Source: the human T2T-CHM13v2.0 reference genome, Homo sapiens. Taken from it: a DNA stretch of 64,000 bases. The position numbers and the translations under genes are program-made. Location: assembly GCF_009914755.1 (NCBI RefSeq), contig NC_060932.1; one strand, 5' to 3'. Positions 20,591-37,041 of the stretch are shown here, one piece after another. Within the stretch, counting starts at the first letter, position 1. Each line of letters opens with the position of its first letter. The notes beneath the pieces are model-generated. The model was not told where the DNA came from, did not search any database, and saw nothing but the letters and a program-made list of their open reading frames with translations.

Positions 20591-22399
20591 TCCTTGTTTT
20601 GTTCTGAGTACCCCCTCACAATCAAAGGAGCACATCCTGGCCTAACCATAAGTTGTGTTGCAAAAAAATTGGGACCTTATGAAAAAAAGGATGCAGTGGT
20701 GAATGAAAAATATGAAAAGGATATGTTTAAAAACTGTACTAAACCAAAGACTTTGACAAAGGGATTTTGAAGAAAAGCAAGAACGCAGTGGCTCATGCCT
20801 GTAATCCTAGCACTTTAGGAGGCTGAGGCCAGAAGATCGCTCGAGAGCAGGAGTTTGAGACCAGCCTGAGAAACATAGCAAGACCCCATCACTACAAAAG
20901 AAAAATTTAAAAGTTAGCTGGGTGTGATGATGCACACCTTAAGTCTCAGCTACTCAGGAGGCTGGTGGGAGGATCGCCTGACCCCAAGTAGTCATGGCAC
21001 CATCATGCAGAGAGCCGTGATTGTGCCACTGCACTCCAGCCTGGCTGACAGAGTGAGACCCTGTTCCCACCACTCTCTCCCCAAAAAAAAGATAAAGAAA
21101 AAAGAAGGAAGAGGAAAGGATGAAGGTGAAGCGGAGGAAAAGGAAGGATTAAAGACAAAGATGATGGCAATGACAGGGGAGTTGGTTCTAGCAGTTTTCC
21201 TTGTCTGTAAAGCATTTAATTCTCCTGTGCACAACTCGTTTCTTTTGAATAAATAATAAGAAACCTGAAATAGCAGACTGTGTATTTATTTTTGACTAAG
21301 TCTTCATTTAAGTAAAAAGAATAAAAGGTTTTTTAGATTCCTAATGCTAATAATGCTTAATAGGCCCAAGTACCTAGTCTTTAACATTTATTTCTCTAAC
21401 TGCACTACCCCCACTTTGAAATATTTTGTTTATACCATCACTCCCTACACCCCAAAATTAAAAACACACGTTTCCAGGGCCTGTTTTTATTTTTTTGTTT
21501 TTGTTTTGTTTTGTTTTTGCCAGCTAGATTAACTAGAACTGGACCGAGAGAAAGTCCTCACACCTGAGTTCCTTTCTCAACTCTCCACCAACTGAACCGG
21601 GATGGAAACAGACTAGTGAAGTTCTTTCAGTTCCCTTAAAGGTACTTTGAGGTATATAGCAGGTATCTGAAGAATGGCCAGTTTACTCTAACACTCTTTG
21701 GTGGGCAAAGTACGAAAACTGAAAGACAGCCTAAAGGATTCCATTAAGAAAAAAGAGAAAAAATAGCCTAATAAAATATAGGTGTCGGAGGACCAATTGT
21801 GCAAAAGAGAATCAAGCTGGAGCTCCCTATTTTGCAGGAGCTGGGGCTGCACAGGGTGGAGGGATATAACGATTCTCTAGACTTCTCAAGACTGCCTTTA
21901 AAAAACTACCTCAACTTCGACTTCTAATCAATGATCTTGCAGCAAGTTTGTATCTGACCTGGAATTAGAAACAGCTTCAGATCCCTACTAAGCAAGTTTG
22001 CTTCGGGGTGGGTAGGGGTCTCACCCAATTACCAAGTCTGTAAGCTGATTCCCAGCACTTCCTATCTATCATCTGAGTAAAATAAATATAAGTGGAAGGC
22101 AAGAGTTCTATAAACATTGGGTATCACCACTGTATTTTAAGGTAGAGTGACAGGTGTCCTGTAGAGTCCCTGTAATCACCGGTAACTCTTCAAAAACTTC
22201 ACGGAGGTTGTATTAGTATTTCCTGACTTGCTCCCGCTGACACATGCCTCCAAGGTCAGCTGGACCAGTGCTACTCATCACCGCAGTGCAGCTAACTGGA
22301 CAGCCCACCGGAGGCGTGGACTCCTCGGGAACAGGCAGCTTGCTATGAGCCCCCGGCCAGGTCAGTGCATCTCTCTGGCCCTGTTTTCTTATCCCGACT

Positions 22400-23100
22400 T
22401 TCCCCGCTGAGAAAATAACGTGGCCGGCCAGAGGCTGGGGGCGCCGCGTGACCAGGGCTCACCTGTGTCCATCCTCCAGCTGCTGGCACAGCGTGGGCTC
22501 CAGCTCCAGCAGGCAGAAGTCGCCGGCTGCAGCGCCGCTGGCCCCAGGGCCGAAGCCCAGGCAGTGCACCGCCGGCAGCAGCTCGGCCGCATTCAGCTTG
22601 GCGATCTGCAGCGTCGCATCCACCTCGTCGCGGGTCCTCTTCATCGCAGCGCCGGGTCTAGGAGTCCCGCCGCGCCCGGGTGGCTGCGGGCTTGGCGGGC
22701 AAGAAAGAAGTTCCCAAGCAGCCGGAAGGTAGGAAACCTGAGCGTTTCGAAAGCGCGCCAAGGCGGCCATGGGCGTGTTTCCGGGGCGGAGCGCGCTGCG
22801 GGCCCGCCCGCGGGAAGGCCTGCCGGCTTCTGGGAGCGCGAGCCCCTCCGTGCCCCACGCCGGACCGCGACTGCAGGAAGGAAACGCGGCTTCCCGGGGG
22901 GCGGTCTCGGCGGAAGCTCGCAGGGGCAGAGCTGCGAGTCGGCGGGTTGGGACACGGATCCCTCGCCCACCCTTTCCGCTGTCCCCTTGCCCGCCCCCCA
23001 TCCCCGATCTCCGTCCCTGGTTTCCAGCCGATGCTCCCATTTCCTCGCCGTCCACATTGTCTCACCTTCCGCCAGTGGCGGGCCCTGTGATAACCACTTG
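22400..23100 (-). promoter_or_regulatory. DSCC1 CpG-island promoter with E2F-like, CHR-like, GC-box and ETS motifs
   Basis: Dense CpG. TTGGCGCGC (22753-22761, minus) lies next to TTCGAA (22746-22751). Also GGGGCGGAG at ~22783, TTGGCGGG at ~22692 and CCGGAAG at ~22722. Confidence 0.85.
22463..22644 (-). CDS. DSCC1: DSCC1 (Dcc1, CTF18-RFC cohesion factor) coding exon 1
   Basis: ATG at 22644 gives MKRTRDEVDATLQIAKLNAAELLPAVHCLGFGPGASGAAAGDFCLLELEPTLCQQLEDGH. Donor AG|GTGAG after 22463. 182 nt. Confidence 0.97.
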
Positions 23101-23389
23101 GCATGTATAATTCCATGAGCCCGTTGCCACAACCCTGTAAGGTGGTGCCTTGGTCATTCCCTTTTGCCAATGAGGAAGCAGGCTCCTTGCTCGTGATGGC
23201 AGAGTCAGGAGGTAACAGAGTCTGACTCCAGCCTAGCCGACTGTGGCTCTAAAAGCTTCCTGCGGGGTTTTGTGCAAATAACCCATGCTCGGGAGCGAGG
23301 CCCTGGGAAGGAGTATCTCGCTTCTTTGGGTCAGGGCACCATCATATCTGGAGACAACGGCGGGACTAGTCTATTCGTTGAATACCTAG

Positions 23390-23560
23390 TGTTAACCGAA
23401 AAGTGACTGATGCAGGTCTCGTTCAATAGAGGTTTATTTAAGCAAGGTTGAGGACGCACCCGAAGGGAAAAACACAAGTCACAGGAGCATCTGTGACTTG
23501 TACATTTTCCAAAGGTTTGGGGAACTTCAGTATTAAGAGTTTTAAGAGAAAAGGTTTTCA
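23390..23560 (-). mobile_element. ERV1 (MER4-group-like) LTR fragment upstream of DSCC1
   Basis: TGTTAACCGAAAAGTGACTGATGCAGGTCTC...AGAGGTTTATTT..CAAGGTTGAGGAC resembles the reverse-strand 3' end of MER4-group LTRs. Subfamily uncertain. Confidence 0.55.
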
Positions 23561-24678
23561 CTATGCACACATACATGAATTGCTTGTAACAGCGTAATGT
23601 GTAAACTTTCCCAGAGATGCTTAGGGAATCGTTTAGGGCCCTGGCTGTCCCTGAGAGCTAAAATAGTCTGGGAGGAATCACTTAAGAGATGGTGACCTCC
23701 TACTAGTTAGTGCAAATCAGACCTTGCTTGAAGTGAAAGAAAGTGGTGGGTAAGGTGTTGAATTCAAAGGATCTGAGCAGACATTTTTTTCAATTCCTGG
23801 GTAAAATGATACGAAAATACCAGAGTAGGGCATCATCCCAGGAGTCTGGGCAGTGCTTTCGTTGGTGGTGGAAAGATTGGTTCATGTGACCTACTTCTTC
23901 ACTAGCCTCTTTTACATTTGAATGCATAGGAATTCGGTGGAATGAAATCCTGAATGTGACAGTGGTTGCCTGATAAGAAGTTATTATTGAAGGGAATCAA
24001 CCATTGTAGTTGCTCTATTAAATGGGAAACATTCCCTACAACTAGAAGCAGTGTCAACTAGAACCCTGACATTTACATCAGACAGGCATGGCTGCGAATC
24101 CCAACTCTCTTCAGAACTTTGTGACCTAAGGCAATTTACCTAATTTCTCTGAGTACAACTTCCTTATCGATAAAAAAGCACATAAGACCTACATTCTTAA
24201 GATGTACATTCTAAAATGCATGGCTGCTTAATAAATGGCAGCAGTTCTTTTTGTTTTTATGTATTAATCATTATGAATTTAATTTCCAATTAATGGTATG
24301 AAATTATTGCCATTAATTTGATATTCTGTCAGGGAGCTGGACCTGTGTTCCTCTCATAAGACAAAATGATGATAGTTTTTATTAATTCATTCTTTAAAAT
24401 TATGTTAATATGTTTTTCTAAAGTAAGAAATTTTCTGTACCTTTTCAAAAAACGATTGAAGCTGGCTTAATCATTCATCTGGTAGCAGGAAAAAAATATT
24501 CTTTATCAGGTAAAAAAATGAACAGTTATAATAAATTTCAAAAGTTCTGTTCATGAGAACAGAATCAGCTAAAATTGATTCTGTTCTCTTGGACACTGTA
24601 CTCTTGATTATATTGCTCATATATTGTGTTTCATGGCATGAAATGAGAATTTTATTTACTAAATCATAGTTCATATTA

Positions 24679-25107
<429 letters not shown>

Positions 25108-25456
25108 TTATTCTTATTACTGTGACTTTCTAACAGATTTTCCTGCTTTTCATCCCCCTTCCCACTGCCCCTCCATCTCTATACCACAGTCAGATTAATT
25201 TTCTGAACATTAAGTTCTCTAATGACATTACACTATGCTCACAGGTCATCATCAACCACTCCCTCTCCTGTCAAAGCTCATACTCAAACCTCTGCTGGTT
25301 TCTGGTTTTCTGTGCTTTGTGTCCGTTCTGCCTTTCCAGACTCCACGGCCCTGAGTACTCTTCACACACATGATAGCCAAACCTACAGATGGCCCCGTCC
25401 TTCCCTACTTTAGTGCTTGTGTGGCCAGGCATGTTTAATTTCAGCCATCATTTACA

Positions 25457-25711
<255 letters not shown>

Positions 25712-27049
25712 TGATGGTGATCTGCCCACCTCGGCCTCCTAAAGTGCTGGGATTACAGGTGTGAGTCACCGTGCCCAGCCCACATATAAATTAGAAAAGT
25801 TTTCATTAACATTTTCGTTTTTCGTCTTTTAAAAAAAATCAGGATATCTATCAACATGGGACTCATATTTCTGGATAGCAGCAGTAGGCTGGAGTTGCTA
25901 ATTGTTTCTTCATAGTTCTCTTCAGGTCTGTGCCAGGCTCTCTCAATATGGAAACTTATATTATTCTTCAGTTCTGGGAAGTTTTATTATATGATTTCTT
26001 TGATAAGATCACCTCACCGCTACCCCATCCCAGATTTTTTTTTCTTTCTTTCCTTATTTTATTTCTTTTCTTTTTCTTTCTTTCTTTTCAGACAGGGTCT
26101 CACTCTGTTGCCCAGGCTTGAGTGCAGTGGCTCCATCTCAGCTCACTGTAACTTCTGCCTCCCAGGCTCAAGCTATCTTTTCACCTCAGCCTCCTAAGTA
26201 GCTGGGACTACAGGCACGGGAACCACCATGCCTGGCTAATTTTTGTATTTTTTTGTAGAGATGGGGTTTTGCCATGTTGGCCAGGCTGGTCTCGAACTCT
26301 GCGACTCAAGTGATCCGCCTGCCTCAGCCTCCCCTAAGTGCAGGGATTACAGGCATGAGCTAGAGTGCCTGGCCTGTTCTATATTTTGGAAATCTACTTT
26401 TTATATTTTCTTATATAGACATGTAAGTTTCAATATCAGATATTTGGTTTTAGCAAGATAAAATGATAGAAAAAGTGAGGCAAAATGTTAACAATTAGTA
26501 CATCTGGGTAAAGTGAATAAAGATCAGGGAAACTCAAAGCCTAGGTACAAGAAGTGAGTGATGGCTCTAGGGCAAGTATCAGGTTGATTGAGTAGCTAAG
26601 CTGGTAGTTCCCTTGTGTCCAGCTATAATAAGCCAGCAGTAACTTTGTAAGCTAAAGCAGTGTGGGAAATGGTCTTGGATAGGCTGAGAAACGCGCCCCC
26701 TCCCCACCTTGCAGCTAATGAATCATGCAGCGCTGGGGAGCATCAGCTCCCAGAAGACAAACTACCACCAAACCTCCCTATTCAAGGTATGGCCTTACTC
26801 CTTCCCGACAATCTCTGGAGTTAGGGAGAGAACACAGAACAGCTGGTGCACAGGGCTTCTCAGATATAAAGCTGAAGAGAGAATCATCGTTTGTGTACAT
26901 CCAATAGCACAAAATCGAGACATCTAAAATCGTCAAATAGAAGAGTTAGCACCCCAGGAGGCAGAATAGAGCAAAAACCACATGACTTTATGGTAAATAC
27001 ACTATCTTCACAGTGATGGGAGATAATTCTTAGAAAAGAGTCAATCAGA

Positions 27050-27510
27050 GATCAGAGATCATTTCCCAGCTTCCCAAATGTCGGTCCCAATTGGAATGAC
27101 ATATTTAGTATTTGGCAGCCTCTCCTTAGGTCTTTCACTCCTAGAGTAAGAATTACTAGGCCACGCCTAGTAATGGTAGCTCACGCCTGTATTCCCAACA
27201 CTTTAGGAGGCCAAGGCAGAAGAATTGCCTGAGCCCAGGAGTTCAGGACCAGCCTGAGCAACAGGGAGACTCCCTGTACAAAAATAAAAAAGAATTATTA
27301 TAGTAGAAAAGGCCAAGTAGAAGCACTGAAATTGACTCCATGCAGAAATTAAAAACAGCATCACATAACAGAGGTAATGGCAAAAATTAATGCTACCCTT
27401 AAAGATTTAAAGAATGCAGAGTTAGTGGTTCCTCTTATACCTGCATTTAATTCACCTGTCTGGCCCCTGCAACTGCTGTGATGAATGTAGTATCTTTCCT
27501 AAGACAGTTT
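27050..27510 (+). mobile_element. ERVL-class pol relic interrupted by an Alu monomer (27159-27290)
   Basis: Translates to NATLKDLKNAELVVPLIPAFNSPVWPLQ, resembling the ERVL RT N-terminus (IKDLKDAGVV..PFNSPIWP). Confidence 0.65.
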
Positions 27511-27877
27511 AGCATGGTTTACGTTTTTTGTATCTGTTATGTTTGACCTCATCTCTCCCACCTTTTTTACTTTATTTATAGCCATATTTGTTTTGTTGCT
27601 TATTTTCTTCATTATCTTTCATTGGATTGCTTTTGTTTGATTTTTTTCCTCCAGCAGTTTGGAACATATGTACCCTAACCGAACTCATCTACTACTTTCC
27701 CTTTTCCTCTTCAATGTTTCTTTGTAGCATTGGGCACACTGGCTTTCTTTTCTTTTTCTTTTTTTTTTTTGGTTTTTATTTATATCATATTGCCTCCTGC
27801 CATACAGTGCTCTGTCTGGCGTTTTCTTCCCTATGTTCTTTATCTGGGTAACACCTATTCATTCTCTAGCCAATAAC

Positions 27878-28085
27878 ACTGTCTGATAGAATTTACTGAG
27901 ATGTTGGAAATGTTCTATAGCTCCACAGTTGAAGTGGTAACTACTAGCCCCATGTGGCTTTTGAGTGCTTGAAATATGGACAGTGAGAATGAGAAACTGA
28001 ATTTTAAATTGTATTCAATTTTATTTAATTTAAATTTAAACATCCACCTGTGGCTAGTGGCTACTGTATTGGAACACTCAACTCT
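27878..28085. mobile_element. MER3-like hAT-Charlie DNA transposon
   Basis: CTGTCTGATAGAA...ACTAGCCCCATGTGGCTTTTGAG...GTGGCTAGTGGCTACTGTATTGGA. Confidence 0.7.
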
Positions 28086-28982
28086 AAATCAGTAGTTGCT
28101 TCTCAGAAATCTTTCTCTGATCTCCCTGATCAGGTCAAATCTCTCTAATATAGGCTCACATGGTAGAAAATCTTCTCGTTTTTAGTTTTAAGTAAATTGC
28201 AATTTTATATTTATTTGTGTGATTACTTAATGTCTTTTTTGTCAGACTATAGACTTCAATAAGATAAAATTTTGGTTATCATTAAGCAAATGCCCAGCAT
28301 GTAGTAGATCATGATATATATTTGTTGAACAATTTGCTGAATGAATGAATGAATGAATGAATGAATTATAACCATGCTTTACCTCTAAGGAGAGGAGTAG
28401 AAGGGTAGATAAAAAGGGATTTCTTATTTATCTTTATATATCTTAACACAGAGAACATATTCATGCATTAAATATGTGCAATTAAAAACATTAAAAATAT
28501 TTTCCTCAGCTTTACAAAACCCAATGTACAGGCAATAACTTCAAATGAGCAGGTAATAAATCACACATGAATAAAGAGAAAGAAAAAAGGAAAGAGAAGA
28601 AGGGAGGGAAAAGGAGAAGGAAAGAGTTGATCATTCTATTTTGTGACACAGATTAAAGGGGGACAAGAATAGAAGCAAGGAGACCTGCCAAGAGGCCAAA
28701 TGAGAGATGAAGGTGGCTGGATTTAAGAAGTAATTAGGGCTGGCCACGGTGGTTCTTGCCTGTAATGCCAGCACTTTGGGAGGCCCAGGCAGGAAGACTG
28801 CTTGAGGCCAGGAGTTTGAGACCAGCCTGAAAAACGTAGTGAGATCCCCATCTCTACAAAAAAAAAAAAATTTTAAATACAATAAAAATTCGTTGTTGTG
28901 GTGGCACATGCCTGCAGTCCCAGCTACTCAGGAGGCTAAGGCAGGAGGATCACTTGATCCCAGGTGCTTGAGACTGCAGTGA

Positions 28983-29698
<716 letters not shown>

Positions 29699-30009
29699 GA
29701 GTGCCTATGATTGAGATCATCCAGGGACAGTGTGATGTGCAACTGATAAAAGGGCTGAAGTTAAAGCCTCACTAACATTTGAGGTGGAAGCCTTGAAAGA
29801 AGTATCTGCCAGAGGAAAGAATTGCAAGCAATTGGAGAAATAGAATAAAGCAGTGTCTTGGAAACTGTATTACTTTGTTTCAAATGAGCAAGTTCTGGTT
29901 TACAGCAAGATTCATTTCATTCTGTGAAAAATAGAGTAGCTTAAATTTTAATTTCACATCTTTTGTTAAACTTCCAACATTTTGCTTATAAAACAATCAG
30001 GCTTTTACC

Positions 30010-30023
30010 CCACTAGATGGCAG
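30010..30023 (+). promoter_or_regulatory. CTCF-like motif CCACTAGATGGCAG
   Basis: Close match to the CTCF core CCACYAGRKGGCRS in non-repetitive sequence. Confidence 0.55.
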
Positions 30024-30222
30024 TATTATTTAATGTTTTATAGAGCAGCCTGCTTTGCCTTTTTTTTCTTCCACTGCCTTAGAAAAGGAAAGTGAAGGAA
30101 TATTTATTCAATTATTTACTGAGTTAAGCACTTAACTGAGTACCCTGTATAGGCCGGGCACGGTGACTCACGCCTGTAATCCCAGCACTTTGGGAGGCTG
30201 AGGCAGACAGATCACGAGGTCA

Positions 30223-30520
<298 letters not shown>

Positions 30521-31103
30521 TCAGAATCTTGGCATTTCTCTGTTCAAAATGCTTCAATGGATTCTGATCTCCTTTAGAATAAAAACCAAAGTCCTTACCA
30601 AGGCCAATAAGACGTTACGCAATCTCCATTGCCCCCACACCCCATAACCCATACCTTGCCACTCTCTAAATTTACAGAACACACTTTTACCTCAGGCCTC
30701 CTTTGTTTTTTTAATCAACCTTTTTGAGGTATAAATTAAGTAAAATAAACTGCATCTGTTTAAAGTATACAATTAAATCTTTTGGCACACGTACACACTG
30801 ATACCTTCTCTTTCTTAGAGGCAGGAGAAAACTTTTGGGGGGTGATGAGAATATTCTGCATATTTGGTTTTTAATATTGCGCACATTCTCATCACCCCGA
30901 AAAGTTTTCTCCTGCCCTAAGTAAGAGAAAGAGAAGGAATATTTATGAAATACTAATTTCTATTTACTTTGTGTTTGCTTTACTCTTCTTTTTCTAGATT
31001 CGTATCATTGTGTTAGACCTTTCTTTTCTAATATAAATACTTTAAACTATTAATTTTCCTCTAAGATCTGCTCTAGTTACGTCCCACAAATGTGGAGATG
31101 TAA

Positions 31104-31409
<306 letters not shown>

Positions 31410-31869
31410 TAAAATAAAGACAGCATTACTTCCAACTGTTATACTTGTAATACTGTTTTTGTATTTGTTTTGGGGTATTAAGACTTTTTATTATGACAAC
31501 CTGCAAAGTTTTGACCTTTTGTTTTCAGTGCCTCTGTTGAGAGAACTCTTGTGGCCCTTTATCAAGCAAAACTTTCCAGTAAGCACACATATTTATATCA
31601 AGCTCAATGATTTTCCAGGTCATATATTGTGATGGACAAAAGTAAAGATGTTTGATAACTTCTTCATCAATGGTATTTTTCATTTGAGAACAAAATAATA
31701 TTTTAATGTTGCAAGGCACTGAATAAATACATTTTCTGTGCCTAGAACTGGGCTGGACCCCACAAAGAGAGAAAGGAGGATGACAAAGGTGCCATGCTTA
31801 TTTATAATTTAGGAGGAGAGAGAAGACATACACTCAAGAAACAAAATCTATTCCATGCTGTATTGGAGT

Positions 31870-31938
31870 ATGCTAACTGATGGTTAGCGTATAATATGAT
31901 GCTAACTGATGGTTAGCGTATAGTATGATGCTAACTGA
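31870..31938. repeat. 29-bp tandem repeat, ~2.4 copies, with an internal hairpin
   Basis: TGCTAACTGA recurs at 31871, 31900 and 31929. Confidence 0.9.
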
Positions 31939-32791
31939 GGAGTATGACAGTGCAGGAGTCATAGCAGGTTGATCTCAGAGAACCGCCATCATTTCCCTTC
32001 CTCCTTTTTTTTTTTTTGAGATGGAGTCTCACTATGTTGCCCAGGATGGCCTGGAATTCCTGGCTTAAGTGATCCTCCCACCTCAACCTCCCAAGTAGCT
32101 TACCACTGTGCCTGGCTCCCCTTTATTTGATGTAGTTATAAAACACTAGCTGATTATCCAGGCCCGTAGGGGGATGGAACTAATACCATGTACAGCACTT
32201 GCAAAGCTCCTTCGAATTTCTCATTCAATCCTGTGAAGGTGATGTTACCATCACATTCATGGTCTGAAACAGCCAATAGTGAAGACAGTCAGGGCTCTCA
32301 GTGGCTGGGCAGCCTGGAGGTAGTAACACCTACATCACAGGGTTGTGATGAGGCCAGTAAAGCACATAGAACAGAGCGACTGGCCTGTGGGAAGAGCTTG
32401 GGGTTCAGTGATCTGTCTCTATGGAGAGGCAGTAGAATGGAGGAACTTCCAGCGGGGCCTCTAAAGCCAGAGTGGCTAGGTTCAAACCCAACCTCTATAA
32501 TTTACTCTACTACAGAAGACTTGCCTAGTCCTCTCTGGGCCTCAGTTTCTTCATCTGAAAATGGGAAGGAAAATAGCCAACTCACAGGGTTATTTTGAGA
32601 TATAAATGTAATACTTTTTGAACATGACACATAGCAAGAGCTCAATAAATATAACCTTATTGTTATTCCACCTAAAAAATTATCAATCCCATCTAATTCA
32701 ATGTCTCCTTTAAAAATGACAGATATGTGGCCGGGTGCGGTAGCTCATGCCTGTAATCCCAGCACTTTGGGAAGCTGAGGTGGGCAGGTCA

Positions 32792-33001
<210 letters not shown>

Positions 33002-34113
33002 TTATGTCTCAATAAATAAATAAATAAATAAATAACAGATATGTAACTCTCATTTTCTTTTGTTGTCATTAAATTAATAGATAACCTTGCTGTGTACGTA
33101 ATTTGAAAAATCAATATAATGCCCTTAATAGAGTATTAAAAAAGAGAAATTATGTGTAATAATGTATATTTCAGTATTTATATTATTACAGTAGAAGGCC
33201 TAATGAGATAGTTGTAGTCAGATGTTTACAACTACTCATAATGAATAATTTTAGAATAAGAAAATTAAGACAATATTTAGCTGAATATTGCCATCAATTC
33301 TTTTTTATACTTGGCATTTTAAACTTTGGCTAAGTAATATATTCCTATTCAACACACACCTAGAATTACCCCACATGTGAGAGCTCCAAATGCAGACTGA
33401 AGTTGTGTTATACTGGAGGTGTGTATGCCACACAAATGGCACAAAAGAGGAGTAATTTTATGCAGTGATAAACCTTTCTTAGTAATATTTTAAATAGAAC
33501 AATCTTTTCTCAATGTACACAATAGTTACATTCCTGACCATTGAGGATTATACGCTAATTTTTTTTTTTTTTTTTTTTTTGAGACGGGGTCTCACTCTGT
33601 CACCCAGGTTAGAGTGCAGTGGTGCGATCTCAGCTCACTGCAACCTCCGCCTCCCAGGCTCAAGTAATCCTCCCACTCAGCCTTCCAAGTAGCTGGGACC
33701 ACAGGCATGCACCACCACACCCGGCTAATTTTTTGTATTTTTTCTTGAGGTTTCACCATGTTGGCCAGGCTGGACTCAAACTCCTAAGCTCAGGCGATCC
33801 ACCCTCCTCAGGCTCCCAAAGTGCTGGGATTACAGGTCTGAGTTACCGAGCCCAGCCTACCTACTAAAATTGTGACAAAAATACCTCATAAGAAAAACAT
33901 TCAGGATTTGGAACAACCCAATTTTTTTGTGAGTTGTTGTCCCAAACAAGTGAGAATATCTAGCATTCCTAGTCTTTGATCACTAAACCCAGTAGCATTC
34001 CCAATAATATGACACACCACAGCCTCCACCCCAAAGTTCCCAACAAACCCTCGTGGGGGGTGACCCTTTTTCTGTAGGAGACCTACAAGCATTTCGTGTC
34101 ATTGCGAAAGCAA

Positions 34114-34129
34114 TCACTAGGTGGCAGCA
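34114..34129 (+). promoter_or_regulatory. CTCF-like motif TCACTAGGTGGCAGCA
   Basis: Match to the CTCF core, in the same orientation as the 30010 site. Confidence 0.5.
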
Positions 34130-34369
34130 TATATCAAGGTACTCAAGACCATGCGGGAACCAAGGTTAAGATTAATAAGACTTCCTGGGAGGTGAGCAGG
34201 GTTGGAAATGAAGGACAAGAGGATTTCAGTTTTATTTGTAATGTTTTATTTCTATCACTACAAAAAGATGACTCAAATATGACAAAAATATTAAAAATGG
34301 GTGTGAATGACAAAAGCCATGGAAATTGTACTTTTCTCTGTTTTTACATTTATTTATTTATTTATTTAG

Positions 34370-34630
<261 letters not shown>

Positions 34631-34706
34631 TGAGCCGCTGTGCCCGGCTTTTTACATTTATTTTTAAAAGATCTACAAACAGAAAGATCTGCACAGAATA
34701 TTGCTA

Positions 34707-36668
<1,962 letters not shown>

Positions 36669-36870
36669 TAGCAATAAACTGCTTGGAGAAGTGCAGGAAA
36701 ATAGCCCAGAGAAGGTGGCATTTCAGTTAGCCTTTAAAATCAGGCAGGATGGCCCGGCACAGTGGCTCATGCCTATAATCCTAGCACTTTGGGAGGCTGG
36801 TGGGAAGGTCACCTGAGGTCAGGAGTTCAAGACCAGCCTGACCAACATGGTGAGATCCCTGTCTCTACTA

Positions 36871-37041
<171 letters not shown>

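Noticed and set aside
22420-23118. 232-aa plus-strand ORF and other overlapping ORFs at the DSCC1 promoter
   Set aside because: Stop-poor GC-rich CpG island, antisense to exon 1, with a non-ATG start and no recognisable domain.
23474-23501. 11-bp hairpin ACAAGTCACAG-gagcat-CTGTGACTTGT as an RNA gene or terminator
   Set aside because: It lies within an LTR relic and is too short for a pre-miRNA.
31870-31938. 29-bp palindromic repeats as a CRISPR-like array
   Set aside because: The units are directly adjacent with no unique spacers, there are no cas genes, and the context is eukaryotic.
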